A stretch of 64,000 bases of DNA from Candidatus Binataceae bacterium. Its GTDB lineage: Bacteria > Desulfobacterota > Binatia > Binatales > Binataceae. The notes below the pieces were generated by a model that was not told the DNA's origin, did not search any database, and was given only the letters and a program-made list of their open reading frames with translations. This document shows, piece after piece, positions 9,522 to 20,046 of the stretch (the stretch's first letter is position 1; the number at the start of each line of letters is the position of its first letter). The stretch lies in contig DATKSQ010000093.1 of the NCBI GenBank assembly GCA_035531615.1, forward strand, positions 45,700-109,699, written 5' to 3'. The position numbers and the translations under genes are program-made.

Positions 9522-12419
9522 ATGGATTGGGGGAACAGGCGCGGGTTTCGCGCATCGGATTCGGCCTGGATGCGAATCGGCATAGCCGCGATCTCGATCT
9601 TCGCGCTCGGCGCGGGACCGGGCGGTGGTGCTGCTCCCAGCGGCAAGATGCTGGGGATGGTCTCGGCGACCGTGCTGCTCGCGATCGTCGGGTACGCGTT
9701 CTGGCTCGCCGCATCATCGCTTAAAGGCGACCGCGAGGCGGGTCTCGATTCGGCGCTGGTGGGGCTGGTCGGGCTTGCGGTGATCAAGACCGCGATGCTG
9801 CCGTTCTTTCCGGGGTTCGGACCTGACGTAGGCAGTTACCAGGCGTGGGCGCTCCAGATTTCGAGCCTGGGTCCGGCGCACACCTATCAGCAGGGTTACT
9901 TTCTCGACTATCCGCCCGGGTACCTGTACGCGCTGTGGGTCGCGGGGATCATCGCGCGGTTCACGCACGCGACGGGTGACGCGCTGCGCGTGATCGTCGA
10001 GAGCCCGGCGATCGTCGCGGATTTTTTCCTGGCGTTTACGATCTTCGCATACGTGCGCCGCACCTCGCGTCCTTCGATCGCATACGCCGCCTTACTGATG
10101 GTCGCGCTGAATCCCGCGCTGCTGTTCGACACGGTGGTGTGGGGACAGAGCGATTCGGTGCTGACCTTCACGATGTGGCTGTCCGTGATCGCGATCCTCG
10201 ATGACCAATACGAAATCGGATGGGCGATGGCCGCGGTCTCCGTGCTGGTCAAGCCGCAGGGTCTCATGCTGCTGCCGATGCTGGCGTGGTGGACGATGCT
10301 CGAGACGCCGGTGTGGCGGTGGGTAAGGGTAGGGCTGGTCGGAATCGCGGTGTTCATCATCGGCATCGCGCCGTTTCAGATCGGGCATCCGTGGAACTGG
10401 ATTCTCGACCTCTACACCTCGACCGCGGCCTACTACCATGAAACTTCGGTCAACGCGTTCAACCTGATCGCGCTGCTCGCGGGGCTCAGGCGGCAGGACT
10501 CGGGAACGATCGCGGGGATTAGCTGGTTCGGGCTCGGGATGAGCCTGCTCGCGCCCCTTTACGGATTCGTCGCGTGGATTGTGTGGCGCAAGCGCAGCGC
10601 GCAGACGATGGTGTACGCGGCATTCATCACGGTGTTCGGATTTTTCATGGTCGCGCCGCGGATGCATGAGCGCTATCTCTACCCGGCGCTGGTGTTCTCG
10701 ATACCGCTCGCCCTCGAATCGACTGAGATGCTGGCGGTGTTCGCAATCCTGACGCTCACCACGCTGTTCAATCTCGCTTACATCCTGCACACTCTCCAGA
10801 CCGTCGTGTTCCTGGACTCGCGCGACGGGCTTGCGATGGGCGCGTCGGCGCTCAACGTGCTGATTCTGGGCGCGTCGGTCTATTACGGCGCGGTCAAGCT
10901 CGACGGCGCCTCGGGCGCGTCGGCCAGCGCCGTCGCGATGTATCATCGCCTGTTCCCGGCGCGATCGGCCCAGGCGCCGGTCGAAGCGCGTGGCGCGCCG
11001 CTTGGATGGATAAACCTCGATACTATTATTATCGCGGCGCTGCTGGCGGCGGCCGTGGCAACGCGCTTCTGGCATCTGGGCCATCCCCCTGAAATCGTAT
11101 TCGACGAGGTGCATTTCGTCGGTCAGGCGCGCAACTACCTGCACGGCGAACGATTCCTTGACCCGCATCCTCCACTGGCCAAGCTGGTGATCGCGCTCGG
11201 CATCTGGCTATTCGGCGATCATTCGTGGGGCTGGCGGGCGGGCAACGCGTGCGTTGGCACGGCGCTGGTCGGCATAACCTATCTGCTCGGCAGGCGGATG
11301 ACGCGCTCGCGTCTGGCCGGCGCTCTGGGAGCGAGCGCGGTGCTTCTGGACGGGATGTTCCTGGTCGATTCGCGAGTCGCCGTGATCGATATCGTGTACC
11401 TGACGCTGGCCGCGATCTCGTACCTGGTGCTGTTTCGCATCTTCGACACGCCCGGTATCGCGGCGCGCCGCCGGTGGCTGGTGATGCTCGGGATCGCGCT
11501 GGGATTGTGCGTAGGCAGCAAGCTTTTGATTCCGGCGGTGACATTCCTGCTGGTAATGGGCTTTCTGGTGTGGGTGCTGGCGACCGAGCCCTCGCAGACG
11601 CGGCGCGACAGGAGAATCACCGGCGCGATCCTGCTGACCGGAGGGGTCGCGTCGATTTGTTACATCGCTACGTTTTTGCCGCACTACTACCTCGGATGGT
11701 GGGGCGGAATTCAGGACCTGTTTCAGTATTACAAGGACATCATCGGCTACGAACAAAGCGTCTCGACCGCGACTCATCCGTATTCATCGAAATGGTGGAG
11801 CTGGCCGCTGATGCTGCGGCCGATCGCGTACTGGCAGGACTTTCCAAAGGTCGGCAAAGTCTCGACTATCTGGGGCGGCGGAAATCCAATCCTGTGGTGG
11901 GGAGCGCTCACCGCCATTACCATCACGGCGGTCGACGCCGTCGAGCGCCCGCGTCTCGAGCGGAGCTTCCTGGTGATTGGCTATCTTGGTTACCTGGCAA
12001 TCTGGATCCCGATCGGACGCACCCTGTTTCTCTACCACTACATGGGTTCGGTCTATCTGGGCTATGTCGCGCTCGGGTGGATTCTCGCTCAATGCTGGAA
12101 TGACTACGCCGAGCCGTGGGTGCATCTGGCTTTGCTGTTCACTCTCACGCCGGCTTTTATCCTCGGCCTCGGATGGGGTATTGGAGCGCCCGCGGTGCTG
12201 GTCCTGTTTGGGCTCTACATAGTAATTGCCTACCAGGTTTCGCTCGGAAGGGCCGAGCCGTCGCATCCGGGGAGATATGTCTGCGCGATGTTCTGCGCTA
12301 CCGCGATCGTGTTGTTCGTATACTATTTCCCCATTTGGACCGGAGCGCCGATTGAACGCGCCGGTTACTATTCGAGGATGTGGTTGCAGGAAGCCAACAC
12401 AGTCAGGAATTGGATCTGA
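9522..12419 (+). CDS. fused double GT-C glycosyltransferase (DUF2029/PIG-V-like N-half plus GT39/PMT-like C-half)
   Basis: 965 aa, polytopic throughout. The N-half has GFGPDVGSYQAW...LDYPPGYLY. The C-half, from about aa 489, has the PMT loop-1 motif IVFDEVHFVGQA and HPPLAKL. Confidence 0.75.
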   Translation: MDWGNRRGFRASDSAWMRIGIAAISIFALGAGPGGGAAPSGKMLGMVSATVLLAIVGYAFWLAASSLKGDREAGLDSALVGLVGLAVIKTAMLPFFPGFGPDVGSYQAWALQISSLGPAHTYQQGYFLDYPPGYLYALWVAGIIARFTHATGDALRVIVESPAIVADFFLAFTIFAYVRRTSRPSIAYAALLMVALNPALLFDTVVWGQSDSVLTFTMWLSVIAILDDQYEIGWAMAAVSVLVKPQGLMLLPMLAWWTMLETPVWRWVRVGLVGIAVFIIGIAPFQIGHPWNWILDLYTSTAAYYHETSVNAFNLIALLAGLRRQDSGTIAGISWFGLGMSLLAPLYGFVAWIVWRKRSAQTMVYAAFITVFGFFMVAPRMHERYLYPALVFSIPLALESTEMLAVFAILTLTTLFNLAYILHTLQTVVFLDSRDGLAMGASALNVLILGASVYYGAVKLDGASGASASAVAMYHRLFPARSAQAPVEARGAPLGWINLDTIIIAALLAAAVATRFWHLGHPPEIVFDEVHFVGQARNYLHGERFLDPHPPLAKLVIALGIWLFGDHSWGWRAGNACVGTALVGITYLLGRRMTRSRLAGALGASAVLLDGMFLVDSRVAVIDIVYLTLAAISYLVLFRIFDTPGIAARRRWLVMLGIALGLCVGSKLLIPAVTFLLVMGFLVWVLATEPSQTRRDRRITGAILLTGGVASICYIATFLPHYYLGWWGGIQDLFQYYKDIIGYEQSVSTATHPYSSKWWSWPLMLRPIAYWQDFPKVGKVSTIWGGGNPILWWGALTAITITAVDAVERPRLERSFLVIGYLGYLAIWIPIGRTLFLYHYMGSVYLGYVALGWILAQCWNDYAEPWVHLALLFTLTPAFILGLGWGIGAPAVLVLFGLYIVIAYQVSLGRAEPSHPGRYVCAMFCATAIVLFVYYFPIWTGAPIERAGYYSRMWLQEANTVRNWI

Positions 12420-13207
12420 TGATCGCCAGAGGCGGAAATCACACCCCCCGGCGCTTTGCGGCAAGTTTCGCGGCGGTGCTTGCGATGATCATAGCCGGAC
12501 TCGCCGCGCATTCGATCGCGCGCGCCGACTCCAACCTGCTGCTCAACGGCGATCTCTCGAAGGGCTCCGAATCGCAACCTGACCACTGGCGCACTGAGGC
12601 GTGGCTCAACGATCCCACGGCCTTCGCCTACGATTGGACGCATCCGGCCGGTGGCGGCCCCGGCCAGCTGAAGGTCGGCGCGCTCAAGCCCAACGACGCG
12701 CGCTGGATGCAATCGCTCACGCTCGCGCCCGGCTGGTATTACATCAGTACGGAGGTCCGTACCGAGAACGTCGGCACGCAGGCGACCGGCGCGACCGTTT
12801 CGATCATGGAGGACGGCATCATGTCCGCCGATATCCGCGGGACGTCCGGGTGGCAACCGGTCGGGTTTTACCTGAAGGTCGGCGGGCATGGGGCCGACGT
12901 GAGTGTCGCTCTGCGCCTGGGAGGATTCGGGAGCCTGAATTCCGGCACTGCCTATTTCCGCAACGCACGCGCCCGAAAGATCGCCGCTCCGCCGCCCGGC
13001 GCGGCCCAGGTGTACGACCTCAGCGCCGTTCGCAAGGCCGCCGAGCCGGCGCCGGTCGGACAGCCGATAACGCTGGTCGCGGTGTTTGCGATTCTCGGCG
13101 TGGTGGCCGCGTACGGATGGTGGATGTTCGGGGTTGAAGAGCCGTTGCGGCCCGCCGCCGGGCCGAGCCGCGCCGCGCGCCGCGCGCAGGCGAGGCGCGA
13201 GCGATGA
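12419..13207 (+). CDS. secreted/anchored protein with CBM-like (galactose-binding-like) domain and C-terminal TM helix
   Basis: Signal peptide ending SIARA/DS. LLLNGDLSKG...HW... jelly-roll-like pattern. C-terminal hydrophobic helix ITLVAVFAILGVVAAYGWWMF followed by a basic tail. TGATG coupling to the upstream gene. Confidence 0.45.
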   Translation: MIARGGNHTPRRFAASFAAVLAMIIAGLAAHSIARADSNLLLNGDLSKGSESQPDHWRTEAWLNDPTAFAYDWTHPAGGGPGQLKVGALKPNDARWMQSLTLAPGWYYISTEVRTENVGTQATGATVSIMEDGIMSADIRGTSGWQPVGFYLKVGGHGADVSVALRLGGFGSLNSGTAYFRNARARKIAAPPPGAAQVYDLSAVRKAAEPAPVGQPITLVAVFAILGVVAAYGWWMFGVEEPLRPAAGPSRAARRAQARRER

Positions 13208-15177
13208 ACACCGCCGCGCAGCGCACCCAGCGCATCGAATGGTCGCTATTCCTGATCCCGTTCATCAGCTACGCCTACTTTTATCAGGCCGCCGATCAGA
13301 GCACCGCGGCGCGATTTGATCTGATGCGCTCGATCCTCGAGCGGCACTCGCTGGCGATCGACGATCTGGCCGGTTACAACACCGCCGATATTATCAACTT
13401 TGGCGGACATATTTACTCAGTCAAGGCGCCCGGAACCTCAATTGTCGCGATGCTGCCGTGGGGGCTGATGCGGCTGTGGCTGCTCCCGCTCCTGACTAAT
13501 CACACGGGGCTCTACTGGGCGCTCGTGACCTACCTGACGATCGTGCTGACGATTGGGATGTTGATCTCGATCCTGTGCGTCGTGATGTACCGGTTCGCGC
13601 GGTTCGTGGGCGCCGCCGAGGGGCGCGCGGCCGCGCTCGCCCTGGTTCTCGGCTTGGGCACGATAGCATTTCCCTACGCGACCGAGATGACCGGCGAACC
13701 GTTCGCGGCGGCGTTCGGCTTTATCGCGTTCTACCTGATCGCCACATTTCAGGAGGACGCGCGATGGCCGCGCGCGTTCTGGGCCGGGCTGCTGGCGGGA
13801 GCCGCGGTGCTCAATGACTATCCGGCGATGCTTATCGCCGCGGCGGTGGGTTTTTATGCGATGTATCGCCTGCCGCGGATTGGCTATATCGCAGCGTTCT
13901 CGGCGGGCGCGGCGATCGCGGCGGCCCTGATGCTGGGCTACAACTGGGGTGCGTTCGGAAGCCCGCTGTTTTTCAGTTACCAGGCCTTCAAGCTGCCGGG
14001 TAATACCCAGTTTCCGGAGCAGGCCAAGGGATTCGTCGGACTCACCTATCCGAAGGTGACCAATCTGTGGAATATCCTTATAGATCCGCAGCGCGGATTG
14101 TTGTTCTGCAACCCGGTGCTGATCCTGTCGGCGGCGGGAATCGGTTACTTCTATCGGCGCCGCGAATTGCGCGCAGAATGGATCGTGACGATCGTCGCGG
14201 CCGCCGGGATGATTCTGTTCAACGCCTCCTACGGCGAATCAATCGTCTCGTGGGGCGGTGGCACCGCGACCGGGCCCCGGCAGATCGTAGCCGCCGTGCC
14301 GTTCATGATTCTGACCCTCGCGTTCCTGCCGCGCTCGTGCGACTGGCTAATCGGCGCGCTCGGCGCGGTGTCGGTATTCCTGATGCTGATGGCGACGGCG
14401 ACCAATCCGCATTTTCCGTACGAATATGTCAATCCGCTGCGCGACTTCGCGATGCAGCAATATCTGCGCGGCGACTTCGCGACCAATCGCGACGCCTATT
14501 TCGGCGGGGGGATGATTGTCGGCGATTCCACCGCGTTTAACCTCGGCAAGCTCGCCGGGCTGCCGCGTCCGCTTCAGCTATGGCCGCTCGGACTTCTGTG
14601 GATCGGCGGCGCGCTGGAATTAGCCGATGCGCTCGAGGCGCTCCGCGGCGGGATGCGCGCGCGGCTCGGCCGGGTCGCGATCGCGAGCGGAATTGCCGCG
14701 ATGTTCCTGGCCTCGCTCAACGGATGGGTCCGCGGGCCATTCGATCTGCGCGCCGACCACGGTCTGCTCGGCCGCTACTTCGTCGGAGAGGAACCCGGAA
14801 TCACCGCGCCGCACCTGACTCGAATCGACCCGCGGATCGATTTTCACAGCGTCACCGAGCTCGGCGCGATGCCGTTTCCGTCGGTCGCGCTGTGGACCGG
14901 CCAGATTGTCGCGCCGCGCACGGGAGTTTACCTGTTCAACATCGAGGCCGACGACGCGGGATGGCTCCTGATCGACGGACGCCCGGTGATCGGCGATCCG
15001 GGGCAGGTGAACCGTCCGCAGGCATCGGGCAGAGTGGTTTTGCGCGCGGGAGTGCACCGCATTCAGGTCGCGGAGCGCAACCTCGCCGGCGACGCGGCGA
15101 TTGAACTGTCCTGGCAGCCGCCGGGAGCGCAAATGGAAATAGTCCCTTCCGTGGCGTTGATTCCCGACCGACCGTAG
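13204..15177 (+). CDS. polytopic membrane protein (GT-C-like) with C-terminal PA14 domain
   Basis: 657 aa. Multi-TM N-terminal two-thirds (GHIYSVKAPGTS loop motif). C-terminal PA14 signature from about 14761: GLLGRYF...ALWTGQIVAPRTGVYLFNIEADDAGWLLIDGRPV...IELSWQPPG. ATGA coupling upstream. Confidence 0.6.
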   Translation: MNTAAQRTQRIEWSLFLIPFISYAYFYQAADQSTAARFDLMRSILERHSLAIDDLAGYNTADIINFGGHIYSVKAPGTSIVAMLPWGLMRLWLLPLLTNHTGLYWALVTYLTIVLTIGMLISILCVVMYRFARFVGAAEGRAAALALVLGLGTIAFPYATEMTGEPFAAAFGFIAFYLIATFQEDARWPRAFWAGLLAGAAVLNDYPAMLIAAAVGFYAMYRLPRIGYIAAFSAGAAIAAALMLGYNWGAFGSPLFFSYQAFKLPGNTQFPEQAKGFVGLTYPKVTNLWNILIDPQRGLLFCNPVLILSAAGIGYFYRRRELRAEWIVTIVAAAGMILFNASYGESIVSWGGGTATGPRQIVAAVPFMILTLAFLPRSCDWLIGALGAVSVFLMLMATATNPHFPYEYVNPLRDFAMQQYLRGDFATNRDAYFGGGMIVGDSTAFNLGKLAGLPRPLQLWPLGLLWIGGALELADALEALRGGMRARLGRVAIASGIAAMFLASLNGWVRGPFDLRADHGLLGRYFVGEEPGITAPHLTRIDPRIDFHSVTELGAMPFPSVALWTGQIVAPRTGVYLFNIEADDAGWLLIDGRPVIGDPGQVNRPQASGRVVLRAGVHRIQVAERNLAGDAAIELSWQPPGAQMEIVPSVALIPDRP

Positions 15178-15212
15178 CGCGCGATGCGGATGCGCCGGAG
15201 CGGCCGGCAGGC

Positions 15213-15827
15213 TCAAGTTCCCGGCCGTTTCAGGATTCCCGGACCCAGCAGCGTAGGCCGTCCGCCCTCAAGAGGGGCGGCGCTCGATGGCGAGCTGGCT
15301 GACGGCGGCGCGGCGCCGCGGTAGCTGGGAGGTTTGGTGACTCGCGCCTGGGCGAGAATCTGCTGGAGCAGGTGCGACTCCTGCGCGCCGCGCGAAACGC
15401 ATCGCACGTCGCGGGTCGGATGCAGCGGCACGCTCAGCGGAGAATCGAAGGCCGCGCTTATCGCCACCCGGCTGGATTCGTTCGAGACCGCCTTGACGTG
15501 AAAGTTATACACGCTGCTGCCGTCGGCCTCGGGAATCGCGACATAGGTGCCGACGATGCTTTTGATTTTTCCGCAATCCGCGTCGCGCAGCGAAAACTGG
15601 CGTCCCAGAACCTCGATTATTCCGTGATTGGGATCCTGCGCCTGGATGTTATAGCCGTTGGCGTGGATCACCGCGGTCACCGCCGTCCACGCAAGGTCGT
15701 ACGGCAGCGGCACGATAGTGCTGACCTTGTCCTCCGGCGGCGGCACGGCGGTCGGCGGATAAAAGCATCCCGAAGCCGCCACGGCCAGCGCCGCCGAAAT
15801 CAATCCAATCCTGAATTTTGTGTCCAT
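15213..15827 (-). CDS. hypothetical lipoprotein
   Basis: Signal peptide with lipobox AASGC. 204 aa with a Pro/Ser-rich C-terminus. Confidence 0.5.
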   Translation of the reverse strand: MDTKFRIGLISAALAVAASGCFYPPTAVPPPEDKVSTIVPLPYDLAWTAVTAVIHANGYNIQAQDPNHGIIEVLGRQFSLRDADCGKIKSIVGTYVAIPEADGSSVYNFHVKAVSNESSRVAISAAFDSPLSVPLHPTRDVRCVSRGAQESHLLQQILAQARVTKPPSYRGAAPPSASSPSSAAPLEGGRPTLLGPGILKRPGT

Positions 15828-15951
15828 CTTGCCCGACCGCGCATCTTAGCAGACCCAGGGCACCTGCTGTCCAACTTTGCGGGCCGGACAAAGCCGCTGG
15901 CCAACGGCCTGCGGCGGCGACCCCGCGGAGGTTCCCCATCACCCGAATCTT

Positions 15952-15960
15952 TGTGATAAT
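15952..15960 (+). promoter_or_regulatory. possible extended -10 element upstream of yebC
   Basis: TGTGATAAT lies 49 nt upstream of the yebC ATG. No convincing -35. Confidence 0.25.
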
Positions 15961-16008
15961 AGTCGCGGCGCGGGCCGCCATTTCCCAGGCCGCCCGCCGG
16001 ATGGAACA

Positions 16009-16761
16009 ATGTCAGGTCATTCCAAATGGTCTTCGATCAAGCATAAGAAGGCGGCGCGCGACGCCAAGCGCGGCAAGGTCTTCACCAAGTTGATCAAGGA
16101 AATCACCATCGCCGCCCGGCTCGGCGGCGGCGATATCAACGCCAATCCGCGCTTGCGCACGGCGGTGCTTACCGCGCGATCGCAGTCGATGCCCAATGAC
16201 AATATCGATCGCGCGATCAAGAAGGGCACCGGCGAGCTGGGCGGCGGACAGATCGAGGAAGTCACCTACGAGGGCTATGGACCCGGCGGGGTCGCGATCA
16301 TAATCGAGGTGCTGACCGACAACCGCAATCGCACGGTTGCGGAAATCCGCTTTGTCCTTTCCCGCCACGGCGGAAATCTCGGCGAGACCGGATGCGTCGG
16401 CTGGATGTTCAAGAAGCGCGGCGTGATTTCGATCGACAAGACCGCGATCGATGAGGACAAGCTGCTCGAGATCGCGCTCGAGGCCGGCGCCGACGATGTC
16501 CACATCGACGCCGACTCGTTTACCGTGGTGACCACGCCCGACAAGTACGCTCGCGTCCGCGAGGCGATCGAGAAGCTGCGGATCGCGATCGCTAGCGGCG
16601 AGATAACGCTGGTGCCCGAGAACACGGTGCCCGCGTCGGGACATACGGCCGAGCAAGTGCTCAAGCTGATCGAGGAGCTCGAAGAGCACGACGACGTGCA
16701 GAGCGTGTCAGCGAATTTCGATATCAGCGACGAGGAGATGGCGCAAATCTCGGCGGCGTGA
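16009..16761 (+). CDS. yebC: YebC/PmpR family DNA-binding transcriptional regulator
   Basis: [28 protein letters not shown] is the canonical N-terminus. The track ORF start at 15877 is an upstream extension. Confidence 0.9.
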   Translation: MSGHSKWSSIKHKKAARDAKRGKVFTKLIKEITIAARLGGGDINANPRLRTAVLTARSQSMPNDNIDRAIKKGTGELGGGQIEEVTYEGYGPGGVAIIIEVLTDNRNRTVAEIRFVLSRHGGNLGETGCVGWMFKKRGVISIDKTAIDEDKLLEIALEAGADDVHIDADSFTVVTTPDKYARVREAIEKLRIAIASGEITLVPENTVPASGHTAEQVLKLIEELEEHDDVQSVSANFDISDEEMAQISAA

Positions 16762-16806
16762 TCGCTTCCGTGACGCGCGCGCGCCGCGGCGCCTGGGGGG
16801 ACGAGG

Positions 16807-17355
16807 ATGCGGGTGCTCGGGGTTGACCCGGGAAGCGCGGTTACAGGTTTCGGGATCGTTGACGGCGCCCCCGGACATTTTCAATTTATCACGGCGGGTA
16901 CCGTTCGCACCCGCCCCGGCGAGCCTGTGCCCGAGCGCCTGCGCACGATTTATCAGGGGCTGTTGGGCGTGATCGACCAATTCGCACCGGCGGCGGTAAG
17001 CCTCGAACGCAACTTCGTCGCGCGCAATATCCAGAGTGCGTTCAGAATCGGAGAGGCGCGCGCGGTCGCGATGCTGGCCGCCGCCCAGCGCGGATTGCCG
17101 CTGTACGAATATCCTCCCAACGAAGTGAAGCTTGCGGTCGCCGCGTTCGGCCACGCCGACAAGGAGCAGGTCAAGTTCATGGTGCGCAGCACGCTCGGGC
17201 TGCCGGCCGATTTCGAGCTGGCCGACGACGCCTCGGACGCGCTGGCGCTTGCGATCTGCCACCTCGGCCGCGCCCGCGCTCCAAGGCTTAGCGACGCGGT
17301 CGAGCGCCCCGCGCGCGCGGTGGCGGCGCGCGGACCCAGGACGCGCAAGCCATGA
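16807..17355 (+). CDS. ruvC: crossover junction endodeoxyribonuclease RuvC
   Basis: MRVLGVDPGSAVTGFGIV N-terminus. 182 aa. Confidence 0.9.
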   Translation: MRVLGVDPGSAVTGFGIVDGAPGHFQFITAGTVRTRPGEPVPERLRTIYQGLLGVIDQFAPAAVSLERNFVARNIQSAFRIGEARAVAMLAAAQRGLPLYEYPPNEVKLAVAAFGHADKEQVKFMVRSTLGLPADFELADDASDALALAICHLGRARAPRLSDAVERPARAVAARGPRTRKP

Positions 17356-17990
17356 TCGCGTCGATCAATGGGATGCTGGCGGTGCGCGACGCGGGCCGGA
17401 TAATCGTCGAGACCGGCGGCATCGGCTACGAAGTCCATATTCCGCTCAGCACCTTCTATCGGCTGCCCGCGCTCGGCGAGCAGGTGAGATTGCAGGTCCG
17501 CCAGGTGGTGCGCGAAGACGCGCTGATGCTGTACGGATTCGCCGAGCCGCTCGAGAAGCGCGCGTTCGATCTGCTGATGTCCGTGCAGAACGTGGGTCCC
17601 AAGCTCGCGCTTGCGATATTGTCTTCGCTCGAACCGGCCGATCTGGCCGGTGCGATCGGCCGCGAGGACGTGGCGGCCCTCGACGCCGTTCCCGGCGTTG
17701 GTCCCAAGGTCGCCGAGCGTGTGGTGCGCGAGTTGCGCGACAAGATCGATGAGTTGCGCCTGAGCGGCGGTGCGATCTTCGGCCCGGGCGCCGGATCGCG
17801 GAATATCGGGCCGGTTGCGGGCCCGGCGACCCCAATCGACGACGCGATTTCCGCGCTGATGAATCTTGGCGTCAAGCCGATCGAGGCGCGGCGCACGGTG
17901 GATTCGGTGGTCGCCGCCGACCCCGCCGCCGCAAGCGACCTGCAACTGATGGTGCGCAAGTCATTGGGCGCGATCTATGGCGAAAAGTAA
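17352..17990 (+). CDS. ruvA: Holliday junction branch migration complex subunit RuvA
   Basis: MIASINGML...[12 protein letters not shown] domain and HhH motifs ([12 protein letters not shown]). ATGA overlap with ruvC. Confidence 0.9.
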   Translation: MIASINGMLAVRDAGRIIVETGGIGYEVHIPLSTFYRLPALGEQVRLQVRQVVREDALMLYGFAEPLEKRAFDLLMSVQNVGPKLALAILSSLEPADLAGAIGREDVAALDAVPGVGPKVAERVVRELRDKIDELRLSGGAIFGPGAGSRNIGPVAGPATPIDDAISALMNLGVKPIEARRTVDSVVAADPAAASDLQLMVRKSLGAIYGEK

Positions 17991-19026
17991 GCCGCTTAGC
18001 GGCGCCGCGGCGCCCGGCGCGGACGAGCGGCTCGCAGCGCCCGCCGAGGCCGCCGACGACCGCCGCCTCGACCTTTCGCTGCGCCCGCATTCGCTCGCCG
18101 AGTTCGTCGGACAGGAACGCCTCAAACGCGTGCTCGGGATGTCGATCACGGCGGCCCGCCAGCGCGGCGAGACGCTCGATCACGTGCTGTTCGCCGGCCC
18201 CCCGGGACTCGGCAAGACTTCGCTCGCGCATATTATCGCGCGCGAAATGGGGGTCAACGTTCACGTCACCTCGGGCCCGGCGATCGAGCGCGCGGCCGAC
18301 CTGGCCGCGATCGTGAACAACCTCGAAGAGGGCGACATCCTGTTCATCGACGAGATTCATCGCCTGCAGCGTCCGGTCGAAGAGCGGCTCTACTCCGCGA
18401 TGGAGGACTACGAATTCCATATCGTGGTGGGCGAGGGGATGGGCGCGCGCACGATGAAGCTGGCGGTCAATCCGTTTACGCTGGTCGGCGCGACCACGCG
18501 CTCGGGACTGCTCAGCTCTCCGCTGCGCGATCGCTTTGGCCAGAACTATCACCTCGAATTTTACAATCACGCCGAGCTGACCGAGATCGTCGCGCGATCG
18601 GCGCGGCTGCTTAAAATCGCGGTGGACGCAGACGGCGCCGCCGAACTCGCCGCGCGCTCGCGCGGCACTCCGCGAATCGCCAATCGCCTGCTGCGCCGGG
18701 TTCGCGACTTCGCGCAGGTCAACGAAGCCGCGCTCGTGACCCGCGAGGTGGCGCTCGGCGCGCTCGCGATGCTCGAGATCGACGCGGCGGGCTTCGACAA
18801 GATGGACCGCGCGATCCTCGAGGCGCTGATCGATAAATTCGGCGGCGGCCCGGTCGGCGTCGAAACCCTTGCCGCCGCGATCGGCGAGGAGCCGGACACG
18901 ATCGAAGAAGTGTACGAGCCTTATCTCCTGCAAGAGGGCTTCCTGATGCGAACTCCGCGCGGCCGTGCCGCGACCGACCGCGCCTTCAAACATCTGGGCC
19001 GCAAACGCGCGGGCGCGATGTTCTAG
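17977..19026 (+). CDS. ruvB: Holliday junction DNA helicase RuvB
   Basis: Walker [12 protein letters not shown], Walker [27 protein letters not shown]. Confidence 0.95.
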   Translation: MAKSKPLSGAAAPGADERLAAPAEAADDRRLDLSLRPHSLAEFVGQERLKRVLGMSITAARQRGETLDHVLFAGPPGLGKTSLAHIIAREMGVNVHVTSGPAIERAADLAAIVNNLEEGDILFIDEIHRLQRPVEERLYSAMEDYEFHIVVGEGMGARTMKLAVNPFTLVGATTRSGLLSSPLRDRFGQNYHLEFYNHAELTEIVARSARLLKIAVDADGAAELAARSRGTPRIANRLLRRVRDFAQVNEAALVTREVALGALAMLEIDAAGFDKMDRAILEALIDKFGGGPVGVETLAAAIGEEPDTIEEVYEPYLLQEGFLMRTPRGRAATDRAFKHLGRKRAGAMF

Positions 19027-19038
19027 CCCAAGGCAATC

Positions 19039-19749
19039 ATGGCCAAAATCATAGTCTTGCAGCATCATCCCGCCGAGAATCTCGGCGCGATCGCCTCCGC
19101 GCTCGAATCCGCCGCGCTCGCGTGGCAGTACGTGCGCATCCACGATGGCTATCCGGTCCCGAGAGACATGAAGGGCGCGGGCGGTTTGATCGTGATGGGC
19201 GGTCCGATGGCGGTTTACCAGACCGAGCGGTTTCCGTTTTTGAAAGACGAGCTGCGGCTGATTGAAGACGCGATCAAGCATGGCAGGCCGGTGCTCGGCG
19301 TATGTCTGGGCGCGCAGATCGTCGCGGCGGCGCTGGGCGCGAAGGTCGAAAAAAATCCGGCGGGGAAGGAAATCGGATGGTATCCCGTCCGGCTACTGGC
19401 GGCGTCGCGCGAGGATCGATTATTTGGCGCCGTCGCGGAAACGATCACGCCGTTCCACTGGCATGGCGATCACTTCGATGCGCCGAGCGGCGCGGTCGCA
19501 CTCGCGGCGTCGGACAAAACGCCCTGCCAGGCCTTTCGCTACGGAGAAAATATCTGGGCGCTTCAGTTTCATCTCGAAGTTACGCGCTCTGGCATCCAGA
19601 GCATGGCCACGGCGTTCGAGCGCGAACTCGAGCGCGAGAAAATTTCCGCGGATGCCATGCTCGCGGCGTCGGACACACATCTGCCGGCGCTCGAAACCGT
19701 CGCCGAAACGATCTTCTCGCGATGGGCCGCCCCAATTCAGGGTACTTGA
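19039..19749 (+). CDS. class I (type 1) glutamine amidotransferase-like protein
   Basis: GVCLGAQ nucleophile elbow and an FHLE-type His/Glu region. 236 aa. Confidence 0.7.
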   Translation: MAKIIVLQHHPAENLGAIASALESAALAWQYVRIHDGYPVPRDMKGAGGLIVMGGPMAVYQTERFPFLKDELRLIEDAIKHGRPVLGVCLGAQIVAAALGAKVEKNPAGKEIGWYPVRLLAASREDRLFGAVAETITPFHWHGDHFDAPSGAVALAASDKTPCQAFRYGENIWALQFHLEVTRSGIQSMATAFERELEREKISADAMLAASDTHLPALETVAETIFSRWAAPIQGT

Positions 19750-20019
19750 GCGCCACCGCCGCGCTCGCACCGGAAAAACCAGACCGCCGGGACGGCCGTC
19801 CTGCTGACGGATCGCCTCGCCAGTAGCACCGGGGTTTGCGCGCGGCGCTCCGCTGGTCATCAGAGCGCCGCACGCCCGTGGCGAAGCCCCGCGACGGCGT
19901 GCGCGTGCCCGCGCAGCGAACGCCTCGATCAGCGCGGCCACCCAGCGGAGCCGCCGAGCGGAAGACTGGCTTATGGCGACCGTCTGGCGCTTGACCCGTA
20001 GATTTCGGCATTGCACAAG

Positions 20020-20036
20020 GTACGCTTTAAGCGTAC
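20020..20036. promoter_or_regulatory. perfect 17-bp palindrome, candidate operator of the brnTA-like operon
   Basis: gtacgcttTaagcgtac has 8-bp perfect arms and lies 10 nt upstream of the likely GTG start of the toxin gene. Confidence 0.4.
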
Positions 20037-20046
20037 AGTCCCATTA

